The notes: a model not told the origin generated them from the sequence alone. 27,395 nt of DNA from an uncultured virus (IMG/VR IMGVR_UViG_2871731064_000001) (IMGVR_UViG_2871731064_000001); one strand, 5' to 3'; positions 1-8,093 are shown, counted from the stretch's first letter. Translations and numbers: made by a program.

Positions 1-2
1 GC

Positions 3-92
3 CGTCCAAAGCTGACCATGAAAATAATCGGATGGGGTGTAACGGCTAAGGTGACATTCGATTTACTCAGCGTAAGTGATCAATCACGCTAA
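3..92 (+). CDS. Possible 3' end of a gene entering from the left edge (RPKLTMKIIGWGVTAKVTFDLLSVSDQSR*)
   Basis: Frame is open from position 3 to TAA at 90-92 and converges on the 84..404 gene with a 9-nt overlap. Too short to identify. Confidence 0.2.
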   Translation, partial: RPKLTMKIIGWGVTAKVTFDLLSVSDQSR

Positions 93-404
93 GCCTTTTT
101 TCGACCGCCAGTAGCGCCATGATTTCCAGGCCAGCACTGGCGGTTGAATAAACGTCACAATGACTGCACAGAACAGCAGAGATAAGCCTCCCCCTAAAAT
201 GTATGGTTTAGTCGAGAAACAAAGAAGAAATACAAAGACTAGCGTGAAGGCTGAAACGATCCATAACAGGACTCTAAATCTGTTGCTTAACTCCACTACT
301 GCTTCGTGCAGCGTTCCACCATAGCTTTCAATATTATTTTTGATTATTTTCAAATCAGCATCAGTAAAACCGGACTTCAATAACTCTGATTCATTAACTG
401 TCAT
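84..404 (-). CDS. Small inner-membrane protein (106 aa, two predicted TM helices), AT-rich accessory gene
   Basis: ORF with SD (AAGGATGAAAGG) upstream. Two hydrophobic stretches (VLLWIVSAFTLVFVFLLCF; ILGGGLSLLFCAVIVTFI) and a basic C-tail. Confidence 0.75.
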   Translation of the reverse strand: MTVNESELLKSGFTDADLKIIKNNIESYGGTLHEAVVELSNRFRVLLWIVSAFTLVFVFLLCFSTKPYILGGGLSLLFCAVIVTFIQPPVLAWKSWRYWRSKKGLA

Positions 405-491
405 GGTGCTTTACCTTTCATCCTTAAAACGTTAAGTCATTCTAACGCAATTATATACGTGCATGACTCTCATACATCAACTTCCTTTGGC

Positions 492-519
492 ACTATAAAG
501 GACTTCCGGACCATGTAAA
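492..519 (-). promoter_or_regulatory. Putative sigma70 promoter for the 84..404 gene
   Basis: Minus strand TTTACA (519-514), 16-nt spacer, TATAGT (497-492), about 90 nt upstream of the ATG at 404. Confidence 0.5.
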
Positions 520-541
520 TGTGTTAAGAAACCGCCAAATC

Positions 542-949
542 TTAGGTTAGCTTCATCCCGGTATCCCAGAAGGCTGGTAGTGATTCTGCCGGAATGCCTC
601 GCGGTGTTTTTAGCAACTGCAGCGCCTGATCCATCGTGATGTGCTCACAGGCATACTCACGGAAAAGATAGCCAATAAGCCCTGCCGCCTTTGCTTCTCT
701 GGCTCTTACGTTGTAAGCAGCCTGACATTCAGCACTCACACGGCTGGTTTCTTTGAAATAGTAGTCTCTCGCTCTCGCGTAATCATCTGTGCAGGCCACC
801 AGCACATTTCCTGCGATCACTTCATAGCGCCCCTGGCAGTCTTCTCCGCAGTCCAGTAGCTGCACGCCCGTTCTTTCAGAAGATGCCAGTACGGTTTTCT
901 GAACAGGCAAATTAGCATCGGTGATCATTCGTCCGTAAACATCATTCAT
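542..949 (-). CDS. Hypothetical phage protein (135 aa)
   Basis: ORF with good SD (AGAAAAGGAATGCGAA-ATG). No recognisable family. Confidence 0.7.
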   Translation of the reverse strand: MNDVYGRMITDANLPVQKTVLASSERTGVQLLDCGEDCQGRYEVIAGNVLVACTDDYARARDYYFKETSRVSAECQAAYNVRAREAKAAGLIGYLFREYACEHITMDQALQLLKTPRGIPAESLPAFWDTGMKLT

Positions 950-1090
950 TTCGCATTCCTTTTCTTCAGTAAGTGATGGCGCAACCTGCCGCGAAGCCAG
1001 ACTATACGGGAAAAGTGGCGAAAACTTAAAGTTATTTTTATGAAAATTTTATACTTTAAAATCTAATGCAAATACTGCAGCTCACCCTTC

Positions 1091-1112
1091 TAAATTACAA
1101 ACCCTCTATTCT
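1091..1112 (+). promoter_or_regulatory. Putative activator-dependent late promoter (copy 1)
   Basis: TAAATTACAAAC-cctc-TATTCT, 31 nt before ATG 1143. Same motif and spacing as the copies at 3285, 17414 and 22267. Confidence 0.65.
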
Positions 1113-1142
1113 CCTCGCTCGTTTAACCAGATCGGATGGATT

Positions 1143-1721
1143 ATGAGCAACCGTAAGCCCACGCATTTTGAACTATTCCACAACCTGAACATGGCGTTGC
1201 GCGAAGATCCGCAGTTTCAGTATGAGTACAACTACTCGCGTGAAACGCGGACGCTGATTGAAACGCCATACTGGCGTCTCACCCCCTCACAGCGCACCAC
1301 TCGTAACACAATGATTGAGCAGACGATGGCGAACGCCACAGCGGAGGATACCCGCGTGCGCATGATGGCCATGCGTCCGGAACATCGCTACATGTTGATC
1401 CCTGCCTACATCTGCCAGGCTGCGACAGAGTTCTATATGGACATGAAAGATTCACTGTCCGACGAGCCAGAAACCATCGAGCTTATGCCGGTAATGTGGT
1501 CTGCGATCTACGCGCTTAATTTGGGACGCGATATGTCTACTGACGCCTGGAGCGAAATGTCTCCGGCAGATCAACAGACGCAGGCCAAGTGGGTTGAAAA
1601 GGTACTGAGTACCGTCAAGCTGTCGCGTTATATCACTGATGCAAGCCGCGCCGTCTGGCTGGCCTTGTTCGTGACATTCAGTGATATCCCTGATGACTTC
1701 TATGAACTGATGGAGTCGTGA
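1143..1721 (+). CDS. Hypothetical protein (192 aa), first gene of a probable late operon
   Basis: ORF with GGATGGA SD and codon usage typical of the element. Lies downstream of the late-promoter motif. Confidence 0.8.
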   Translation: MSNRKPTHFELFHNLNMALREDPQFQYEYNYSRETRTLIETPYWRLTPSQRTTRNTMIEQTMANATAEDTRVRMMAMRPEHRYMLIPAYICQAATEFYMDMKDSLSDEPETIELMPVMWSAIYALNLGRDMSTDAWSEMSPADQQTQAKWVEKVLSTVKLSRYITDASRAVWLALFVTFSDIPDDFYELMES

Positions 1722-1759
1722 TGACCAGTAAGGCGCGCTCCGGCGCCGGGGTGGGCTGA
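1721..1759 (+). CDS. Putative 12-codon mini-ORF (MTSKARSGAGVG*)
   Basis: TGATG stop/start overlaps at both ends (1719-1723 and 1757-1761). SD-like TGGAG at 1711-1715. Confidence 0.35.
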   Translation: MTSKARSGAGVG

Positions 1760-2043
1760 TGCCTGCTGCCGGTACGCTGGATTCCGTTTGCTCCGGACAC
1801 GGTGCCTTTCCTCCGCGACAGACTGCAGAGGCTGACGCGGGGCTGACAATCAACGGTAAGGCCGTGCTGGTGGACGGTAAGCTGTTTAAGGACCACACAG
1901 ACGGTAAAAGCACCCATAACGGCAAGGCGGTCTCTGGCCGTCCGTGGTTCACCATCAATGGCAAAGGCATTGTGTGCGTTGACGATCAGGTTTCATGCGG
2001 ATCAACAGTCGCAACAGGCGATGCCGGATTCCAAGTGAATTGA
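1759..2043 (+). CDS. upfC: PAAR-family baseplate spike tip protein (P1 UpfC-like)
   Basis: 94 aa with CSGHG, H-T-D...TH, FTINGK.IVCV.D.VSCGS..A.G motifs of PAAR/T4 gp5.4 proteins. Confidence 0.9.
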   Translation: MPAAGTLDSVCSGHGAFPPRQTAEADAGLTINGKAVLVDGKLFKDHTDGKSTHNGKAVSGRPWFTINGKGIVCVDDQVSCGSTVATGDAGFQVN

Positions 2044-2062
2044 TTGCCCTCACTCTCATGCA

Positions 2063-2081
2063 CGCAGCCGTCATGGCTGCG
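2063..2081 (+). other. Intergenic RNA hairpin without U-tract
   Basis: CGCAGCCG-tca-TGGCTGCG inverted repeat just upstream of the i-spanin RBS. Confidence 0.4.
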
Positions 2082-2098
2082 CTTACACAGGAATAATC

Positions 2099-2623
2099 AT
2101 GTTCAGTGAAATCACTATCACCGGCTGGCTGAAACGTGCTGTCGCGGTAGCGCTCTGCGCGGCTCTGCTGATGCTGGGCCATAAAGGGTACGTGACCATT
2201 ACGGATCACTTTGCGCACGTCGCGGAGCTGGAATCAGCCAACACCACGCTAATCACCAATAACAAAACGCTAACCGGCAATAACAGCACGCTGAAAACCG
2301 CGCTTTCCGATCAGCAGGCGCAGCTGGCCACGCTGCAGCAGACACTGGCTAAGCGGGAAAAGGACCGCCAGGAATACGTGCAGAAGCAGGCCGATCTGGA
2401 GCAGGAATTAGAGAAACTTAAAGAGGATAGTCAGAATGAAATTGATGAGATCAATCGTGCGATACTGCTTGCCGGTGTTAATCATACTGCTTTGCCTGCC
2501 AGCGTTATTCGCATGCTCCGGGACAAAGCCCGTGCCGTTAACACCCGAAGTCGTGACGGTCACAAAGCTGGTGGAAGTGCCGCCTCAAAAAGCGCAGGCC
2601 TACCAGCCGTGCCAGGTGGATGA
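2099..2623 (+). CDS. Inner-membrane spanin (Rz-like; positional equivalent of P1 ppfA)
   Basis: N-terminal TM (AVAVALCAALLMLG) followed by a long periplasmic coiled coil. Overlapped at its 3' end by a lipoprotein gene. Confidence 0.85.
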   Translation: MFSEITITGWLKRAVAVALCAALLMLGHKGYVTITDHFAHVAELESANTTLITNNKTLTGNNSTLKTALSDQQAQLATLQQTLAKREKDRQEYVQKQADLEQELEKLKEDSQNEIDEINRAILLAGVNHTALPASVIRMLRDKARAVNTRSRDGHKAGGSAASKSAGLPAVPGG

Positions 2624-2738
2624 AAACATACCCGGATTCACTGACCAGCTACCCGCTTATGTGGCGAGGATCCTGACAATAGTCGATGAATGCAACCGGC
2701 GAAACAGCCTAATTTCAGACCATAATCAGACGCTATAA
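2436..2738 (+). CDS. Outer-membrane spanin lipoprotein (Rz1-like; positional equivalent of P1 mlp)
   Basis: Signal peptide II with lipobox LFAC, Pro-rich mature part, C-terminal ECN motif. Overlaps the i-spanin in a different frame. Confidence 0.85.
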   Translation: MKLMRSIVRYCLPVLIILLCLPALFACSGTKPVPLTPEVVTVTKLVEVPPQKAQAYQPCQVDENIPGFTDQLPAYVARILTIVDECNRRNSLISDHNQTL

Positions 2739-2762
2739 AAAACCGCCCATTTGGGCGGTTTT
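2737..2762. terminator. Bidirectional intrinsic terminator
   Basis: AAAAAACCGCCCA-TT-TGGGCGGTTTT between convergent genes. Confidence 0.85.
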
Positions 2763-2765
2763 ACT

Positions 2766-3188
2766 TTATGCCTCCGCGACTTCTCCGGCCTGATTTTCTA
2801 TCATGTAGCCCGCCGCCACTTCCGGCCCGCCTATCTCCAGCATAATTTTACGCATGCCCGCCGCCAGGGAACCGTCACCCTGATTAACCAGAAATTCACG
2901 CGCCGCTAATGGCATGTAAATGGACGCCGTTACCGGGTTGTGCATCTGCTGCGTATTGCCTGCCCTGCGCCAGCGTGCCATACCGCGAATAGCGTCGTCC
3001 TCTAACGTGGGGCATGCCTCCATGATGATTTCAGCGCCGTACATGATGACGATCTGATTAGCCAGCGAACGTGGCTCTTTCTCGCTGAGCAAATAATCCA
3101 AATGGAGTCGAGCGTCACGCTGGCTTCCGGTCGATAAGGTGTGCGATTTGGTGCCGTTGGCGTACTGAAAATAGAGCTTATAAGACAT
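2766..3188 (-). CDS. Hypothetical protein (140 aa), possible C-terminal ribbon-helix-helix-like DNA-binding segment
   Basis: Clean ORF between a terminator and an AT-rich divergent intergenic region. The segment TASIYMP...FLVNQGDGSLAAGMRKIM resembles beta-helix-helix phage regulators (inference). Confidence 0.7.
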   Translation of the reverse strand: MSYKLYFQYANGTKSHTLSTGSQRDARLHLDYLLSEKEPRSLANQIVIMYGAEIIMEACPTLEDDAIRGMARWRRAGNTQQMHNPVTASIYMPLAAREFLVNQGDGSLAAGMRKIMLEIGGPEVAAGYMIENQAGEVAEA

Positions 3189-3284
3189 GAGGTTTACCAG
3201 TGGTCAATTACATGCCGGAAAGGTACATCAAAAAATAAAATTTATCCTTAGATTTTAAAATCTTTTCTTGCCTCTCTCACATCG

Positions 3285-3306
3285 CAAAGTACAAACCGCA
3301 TAAATT
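3285..3306 (+). promoter_or_regulatory. Putative late promoter for the capsid/tail operon (copy 2)
   Basis: CAAAGTACAAAC-cgca-TAAATT, 52 nt before GTG 3358. Confidence 0.6.
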
Positions 3307-3357
3307 TGCCTCGTCAAAGATTCCCTCGCAGCCGCGCCCTGAAAAAAGGGCTGAATT

Positions 3358-5103
3358 GTGAGCAAAGATATTACCCCTGCACGTATGCGTGAGCAGGACA
3401 TCATGACCCGCGCCTCGCGTGTCATGGCTTTTACCGTTGATGCACAGCGCAATGCTTCTGGCGCAATGATTTCTGACCGTGGCGAAATGTCTGTAAACAT
3501 TGGCGCAGCAGCAGGCCGTGACCCGATGTTTGAAGGCGTTAACCCTGAGTTCTGCCGTATTGTTGGCACCGCCTGGGCGTCGAGCATGATCGAGTACAAA
3601 GAGCGTCATGGTCACTACCCACCAGCTGACCAGCTGGCGAACGCCAGCCGTGCGCTGGAAAACCTGATGATCGAATCAGCCCTTGAAAAGCATGAAGGCA
3701 ACGGCAAGGCGATGTTTGAGTCTGTCGCAGCTGACATGCGTACTTCTGATGGCGTGATGCGTCAGGCGCAGTTTGCCGCGCTGATCCTGCCTGCGGTGCT
3801 GGGCGCAGCCACCAGTGACGCGTGTACCTTTGTTCCGTGTGAGCGCGATGAAGCGAAGATTTACGAGCTCCTGAACGTCGCCGGTACTAAGTTCGGCTCT
3901 TTTGAGCAGGGCGACGAAATGCACATGCAGTCTGCAGCTGTGTACTCACAGATGAAGCGCCTGTATCCGTTCCCTGCCGCAATGCAGCCGGATGGCACCA
4001 AGAAAACCTTCACTTTCTCAATTAAAGCGGTTGAAGGCGCTGATATGCCGATCCGTGCTGGCCGCGCCAAACTGCTGATCAACCGTCGTCCGGGCAAAGT
4101 TGATGACGGCGACGGCAACCTGTATTTCTCCGATAAAGACGTTAAAGGCAACGCGTTTGCGGCTACCTGTAAGGTCGATTACGAGAAAGGCACCATCGCT
4201 GTCACCTTCACAGATGCACCGGCTAAAGGTACTGAGCTGGCGGCACAGGTTGAGATCAACGTTGAGAAATCACCAAGCCTGATCCCGGTTATTAACCAGT
4301 CCATGCGTGAGTTCACCGTTAAGCCGTCACAGTTCGTGATCGCATCTGAGCACACCGTTATGGCCGCGTCCGATCTGAGCCGTGAGTTTGGTATCAACCT
4401 GTCCTCAACCCAGTTCACTGCTATGCGTAACTGGCTGAGTCATGAGCAGGACATGATGCGTCTGCGCACGATGGCATTCCATGCTGTCTATGGCCGTGAG
4501 TTCGACGTGGCATTGCCGGAAGGCCAGACCTACGAATCGTGGGTAGGCCTGATGAAACATGCTGTCACCCAGCTGAGCACCGACATGGTGAACCGTACCC
4601 GTAAAGCCGGTATCCGTGGCGGTTTTGCTGGTGGTGAGGCGGCAAACTTCCTGAAGAGCCTGCCTGCTAACGTATTCCAGGCTGACCCTAACTTTGTGCA
4701 GTCACCGTACATCCAGCGTATCGGTACCCTGTTCGGTATCTACCAGATCTTCGAAGTCCCTACTGCTATCTGCGATCAGTTCGTGTTAGACGGCGTGGCG
4801 CTGGGTAAAGAAGACATTCTTTTCTACGGCCGCGGTGATTCCATCGGTGACGCAGGTCTGATCGCTGGTGACGCTGTTCCAGCCATTCCGTATGTCCACG
4901 AAACCAACCCGTCGCTGGTCAACCGCACCACGCTTTGGGGTTCTTCTCTGAACGAGCTGCACCCGCGCAATGGTGAAAACTACTTCGCCAAGCTGACCCT
5001 GACCAATACCAAAGTCGGCGCTTACAGCATGCTGACTGGTATGAAGATCGAAGGCGAAACCGCACCTGAAGCAGCGGCAACCGGCACCGGTACCGGCAGC
5101 TAA
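3358..5103 (+). CDS. 23: Major capsid protein precursor (P1 gp23 homologue)
   Basis: 581 aa, highly biased codons, P1 gp23-like sequence (RNWLSHEQD, AGLIAGDAVPAIPY.H.T.PSL.NRTTLWGS) and position upstream of the sheath gene. Confidence 0.93.
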   Translation: MSKDITPARMREQDIMTRASRVMAFTVDAQRNASGAMISDRGEMSVNIGAAAGRDPMFEGVNPEFCRIVGTAWASSMIEYKERHGHYPPADQLANASRALENLMIESALEKHEGNGKAMFESVAADMRTSDGVMRQAQFAALILPAVLGAATSDACTFVPCERDEAKIYELLNVAGTKFGSFEQGDEMHMQSAAVYSQMKRLYPFPAAMQPDGTKKTFTFSIKAVEGADMPIRAGRAKLLINRRPGKVDDGDGNLYFSDKDVKGNAFAATCKVDYEKGTIAVTFTDAPAKGTELAAQVEINVEKSPSLIPVINQSMREFTVKPSQFVIASEHTVMAASDLSREFGINLSSTQFTAMRNWLSHEQDMMRLRTMAFHAVYGREFDVALPEGQTYESWVGLMKHAVTQLSTDMVNRTRKAGIRGGFAGGEAANFLKSLPANVFQADPNFVQSPYIQRIGTLFGIYQIFEVPTAICDQFVLDGVALGKEDILFYGRGDSIGDAGLIAGDAVPAIPYVHETNPSLVNRTTLWGSSLNELHPRNGENYFAKLTLTNTKVGAYSMLTGMKIEGETAPEAAATGTGTGS

Positions 5104-5104
5104 T

Positions 5105-5136
5105 CCCCCTTAACGCCCCCGTTAAGGGGGCATTTC
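5105..5136 (+). terminator. Strong hairpin after the capsid gene (weak terminator or mRNA stabiliser)
   Basis: 11-bp stem CCCCCTTAACG-cccc-CGTTAAGGGGG followed by only CATTTC. Confidence 0.6.
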
Positions 5137-5149
5137 ATGGAAATTTCAC

Positions 5150-6727
5150 ATGAATAAGATTCGTTTTTCTGTGGGCCAGGCGTCCGGCATTGCGGTGCAG
5201 GAAGTCAACGCTGATGCGACGACTTCCGTTGCATCTGGCGGCGCGTCCGTCTTTGCCGGTCTGGTCATTGCCCGCCGCGGCAAAATCGGCGCTGTCCTGC
5301 GCGTAACCGCTGATAACTATGAGTCAGTGCTGGGTGCAGCAATTCATCCGCGCAGCGGCGCTGCATTTGAACCACTGCGCCATGTAGCGACTGCCGTTAA
5401 CGGCGGTGATGGCTATCTTGTTCGCGTGGCTGCACCGGGTATGAAGATCCCTGCCCTGTCTCTGATGGCTGACAAAACCATGCAGCAGCTGAGCGTTGTG
5501 GCCAGCAACTTTGCTCCGTCAGCCGATCCGGCTCTGGCGGCAGGCGCTGCGGCGATGATTTACATCGAGGATGGCGACGCTTCAGCTAATCGCACCCTGA
5601 GCATGGAAGCAGACACAACGGCACCGGGCTTCTACATCCTGACGCTGAAAGAAATTGACGCAGCTGGTGGTGAGTCAGTGCTGGAATCTCACCAGATTTC
5701 ATTCAATACCAACGCCACCAGCGACATGGGATCGCCTGCCTTCCTGCCAACCGCACTGGAAAATGGCTCGACTCGCCTGCGCGCTCTTGTAGCGGATGAC
5801 GTTGAAACCCAGATGCAGCAGATCACCGAAGGCTTCGAAGATATGCAGTTTAGCGGCGGCACTGATGGCGACCTGTCAGCTATTGCCACGGCGGACTACA
5901 CCAAAGCCCTGACTGTCCTGCGTAAATCCATGTTCACCTGGACGGCGGTGCTGTCGCTGGGCTGCTATGACCCGACCGTGATCGCGGCGCTGGTCAAGCT
6001 GGCTGAAGACACCCGTACCGACATGTTTTATGACGTGCATGGTGCGCAGTTGTCGGCAGCAGCAATGGCCGAAGCGCTGAGCCACGGTCTCGGCGGTTCC
6101 CACCAGCCAGCACGCTACTACTGGCCGTATACCGCCCGCGACGCATTCACCGGCACCAACGTTAACTGGGGTATCTCCTGTGATGCGTTTGTGGCGAAAG
6201 CTAAAGGTGTGGCGTTGGTCTCCGACGTCGGCGGCTGGCATTACTCACCGGCTGGCGTGTCACGCGCAATCATCAACCGTCAGAACATCAAGCCTATCCC
6301 GAACCTGGATGAGATCGACCGCGAAGCATTTGTCACTGCGCGCATCAACCCGGTCAGCCTCGACAAAGCCGGGAACATGTATATCGACGACTCCCTGACC
6401 ACGTTCGCCAAAAACAACTACCTGCGCCTGCAGCACATCAGTTCGCTGATGAACGCGATCGCACGCGGTTTTTATGACGTGGCAGAAGCGCTGAAGCATG
6501 AACCGGACGGTATTACCTTCAAAGGCCTGACTGACGGCTTAACCGACCTTCTGGAGCGCTTTGTTGCCGCTGAAGCACTGGTTAAGCCGCGTGACGTCAC
6601 GCAAGGCACCCAGCCATTCGTTGTCTCCGTCGTGCAGAAAGATATCGACCTGTGGGAAGCATCCTGGTCTGTCTGCCCTACCGGCTCTTCACGCCGCATC
6701 GTCGGCAAGCCAACGCTGTTCCGTTAA
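5150..6727 (+). CDS. 22: Contractile tail sheath protein (P1 gp22 homologue)
   Basis: 525 aa with FSGGTDG, WHYSPAG.SRA.I, RINPV and DDSLT sheath motifs. Matches P1 gene order. Confidence 0.93.
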   Translation: MNKIRFSVGQASGIAVQEVNADATTSVASGGASVFAGLVIARRGKIGAVLRVTADNYESVLGAAIHPRSGAAFEPLRHVATAVNGGDGYLVRVAAPGMKIPALSLMADKTMQQLSVVASNFAPSADPALAAGAAAMIYIEDGDASANRTLSMEADTTAPGFYILTLKEIDAAGGESVLESHQISFNTNATSDMGSPAFLPTALENGSTRLRALVADDVETQMQQITEGFEDMQFSGGTDGDLSAIATADYTKALTVLRKSMFTWTAVLSLGCYDPTVIAALVKLAEDTRTDMFYDVHGAQLSAAAMAEALSHGLGGSHQPARYYWPYTARDAFTGTNVNWGISCDAFVAKAKGVALVSDVGGWHYSPAGVSRAIINRQNIKPIPNLDEIDREAFVTARINPVSLDKAGNMYIDDSLTTFAKNNYLRLQHISSLMNAIARGFYDVAEALKHEPDGITFKGLTDGLTDLLERFVAAEALVKPRDVTQGTQPFVVSVVQKDIDLWEASWSVCPTGSSRRIVGKPTLFR

Positions 6728-6738
6728 TAGAGGAAATT

Positions 6739-7449
6739 ATGAACAACATTTTTAATCACAACGCGCATGGTCTGCTGGGTGCGGCATTCGAAGCACCAGC
6801 TCCGGCTGAAGAGCCAGCCGTAAAAGATTCCATGCTGGAAAGTGCGGGTTTAGGCAACGCTGCATCGGCGCGCATTGTGGCGATGTTTGAGGCTGTAGAA
6901 CGTCGCGCTGGCGAAGATACCCGCTCTGTAGCCGCTTCCCTGCTTGCGGGCTGGGTGGCCGATGGCGAAGCCGATTCTGACAGCTTTGAAGCGCTGGCAC
7001 TGGTGCTGGCCGGTCTGGATTCACTGTCTGACGACGACGATCTGGATGATGAGCAGGTAGACGCATTCAACGACGCGCTGGGCCAGCTGGCGAACGCCGC
7101 CGTTGCCCTGGGTGCAGATCAAGATGACGTCACCAGCATGATCGACGACGACGACGACAGCGCCGCTGAGAGCGTTTTCGAGGCGCTTTCCGGCCTGGCA
7201 GACGATGACGAAGCGATCGCAGATTACACCGTGGCTGGCGGTGAAGGCGGCGAAGCCATGCTGGAATCAGCGACCTTCAAAGCTGTGCGCGACGGCGTAG
7301 TTACGCTGATCCGCAAGCGTCCGAAGAAGCGCCGCATGACGTCGCTCCAGAAACAGGCGCTGAAAAAGGCCCGCACGAAGGCGCATAGCTCAATGGCAAA
7401 TGCGCACCGTAAAAAGTCGATGAAACTGCGTAAGAAGCGCGGCCTGTAA
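6739..7449 (+). CDS. 21: P1 gp21 homologue (236 aa); acidic body with basic tail, likely prohead core/scaffold-like
   Basis: Start reassigned from 6652 to ATG 6739 (AGAGGA SD, no overlap with gp22). Follows gene 22 as in P1. Confidence 0.8.
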   Translation: MNNIFNHNAHGLLGAAFEAPAPAEEPAVKDSMLESAGLGNAASARIVAMFEAVERRAGEDTRSVAASLLAGWVADGEADSDSFEALALVLAGLDSLSDDDDLDDEQVDAFNDALGQLANAAVALGADQDDVTSMIDDDDDSAAESVFEALSGLADDDEAIADYTVAGGEGGEAMLESATFKAVRDGVVTLIRKRPKKRRMTSLQKQALKKARTKAHSSMANAHRKKSMKLRKKRGL

Positions 7450-7455
7450 GGGATA

Positions 7456-7477
7456 GCAGCCGGGTATTCCCGGCTGC
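7456..7477 (+). other. Intergenic RNA hairpin without U-tract
   Basis: GCAGCCGGG-tatt-CCCGGCTGC perfect 9-bp stem. Confidence 0.55.
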
Positions 7478-7492
7478 AATGAGGATAGCGCG

Positions 7493-8083
7493 ATGATCTG
7501 CGGTGCAATCATGCCGGATGGAGTCAGCCCCTTCCTGAAAGTCTATATCACGTCAGAAACGTCGATGGTTGTGGGCTACATCGGGGAAGGCTCTACAGCC
7601 AGCATTGAATCCATGTGGGAATCCCCGTTTGCCAACGACTCACTGGGCGGCGTCGCCGGTGCAGTGAGTGCTGCTGGCGGCAAGCTGGCGGGCGGCGTAC
7701 AGGCGGTGAGCGGCAGTACATCAAAGTCGGACTTCAACTCCCTGCTTATCTGGGAAGGCCAGCAGCCGCCTGAGTTCAGCATCGTTGTAGACCTGATGGC
7801 CACGATGAACGCAAAGGTGGAAGTGATGGACGCGATCATGACCCTGCAGCAGATGGCCTCACCTGAACTGAACGCCGCGCTGCCGGGTGGCCGCCGTCCT
7901 CTCCCCGTGATTATGGACGTTGGCCGTCGCCTGAAGCTGATGGACGTGGTGATCCGAAGCGTCGGCTACCAGCTGGACGCGCCACGCACTGCGGACGGGC
8001 ATTACACACACAACACCGTCACGCTTCAGTGCTCCGGCCTGAGCGTCCAGAACCAGTCTGATATTCCATATATGTTTATCTGA
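7493..8083 (+). CDS. pmgG: Baseplate/tube-initiator protein PmgG
   Basis: DGVSPFLKV, W(E)SPF, WEG.PP.F, SPEL, LDAPR...GH..NTV.LQ motifs as in P1 PmgG. Synteny. Confidence 0.85.
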   Translation: MICGAIMPDGVSPFLKVYITSETSMVVGYIGEGSTASIESMWESPFANDSLGGVAGAVSAAGGKLAGGVQAVSGSTSKSDFNSLLIWEGQQPPEFSIVVDLMATMNAKVEVMDAIMTLQQMASPELNAALPGGRRPLPVIMDVGRRLKLMDVVIRSVGYQLDAPRTADGHYTHNTVTLQCSGLSVQNQSDIPYMFI

Positions 8084-8093
8084 GGAACAAATA

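Noticed and set aside
1055..1073. TCTAATGCAAAT (and TCTAAGGATAAATTT near 3238-3252, minus strand) as P1 C1 operators
   Set aside because: Only a partial, gapped match to the P1 consensus ATTGCTCTAATAAATTT in AT-rich DNA, so it cannot be called.
1759..2043. PAAR gene with sheath and tube as evidence for a T6SS, tailocin or eCIS
   Set aside because: A major capsid gene, head-tail adaptor and Dar head proteins are present. The PAAR gene is the ordinary P1 upfC spike tip.
6652..6738. Longer 265-aa version of gp21 from the ORF track
   Set aside because: It overlaps the gp22 3' end by 76 nt without an SD. ATG 6739 has a clear AGAGGA SD.
7998..8019. GGCATTACACAC-acaa-CACCGT as another late promoter before bplB
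   Set aside because: Poor -10, mismatched box, and 75 nt from the start codon, outside the range of the convincing copies.
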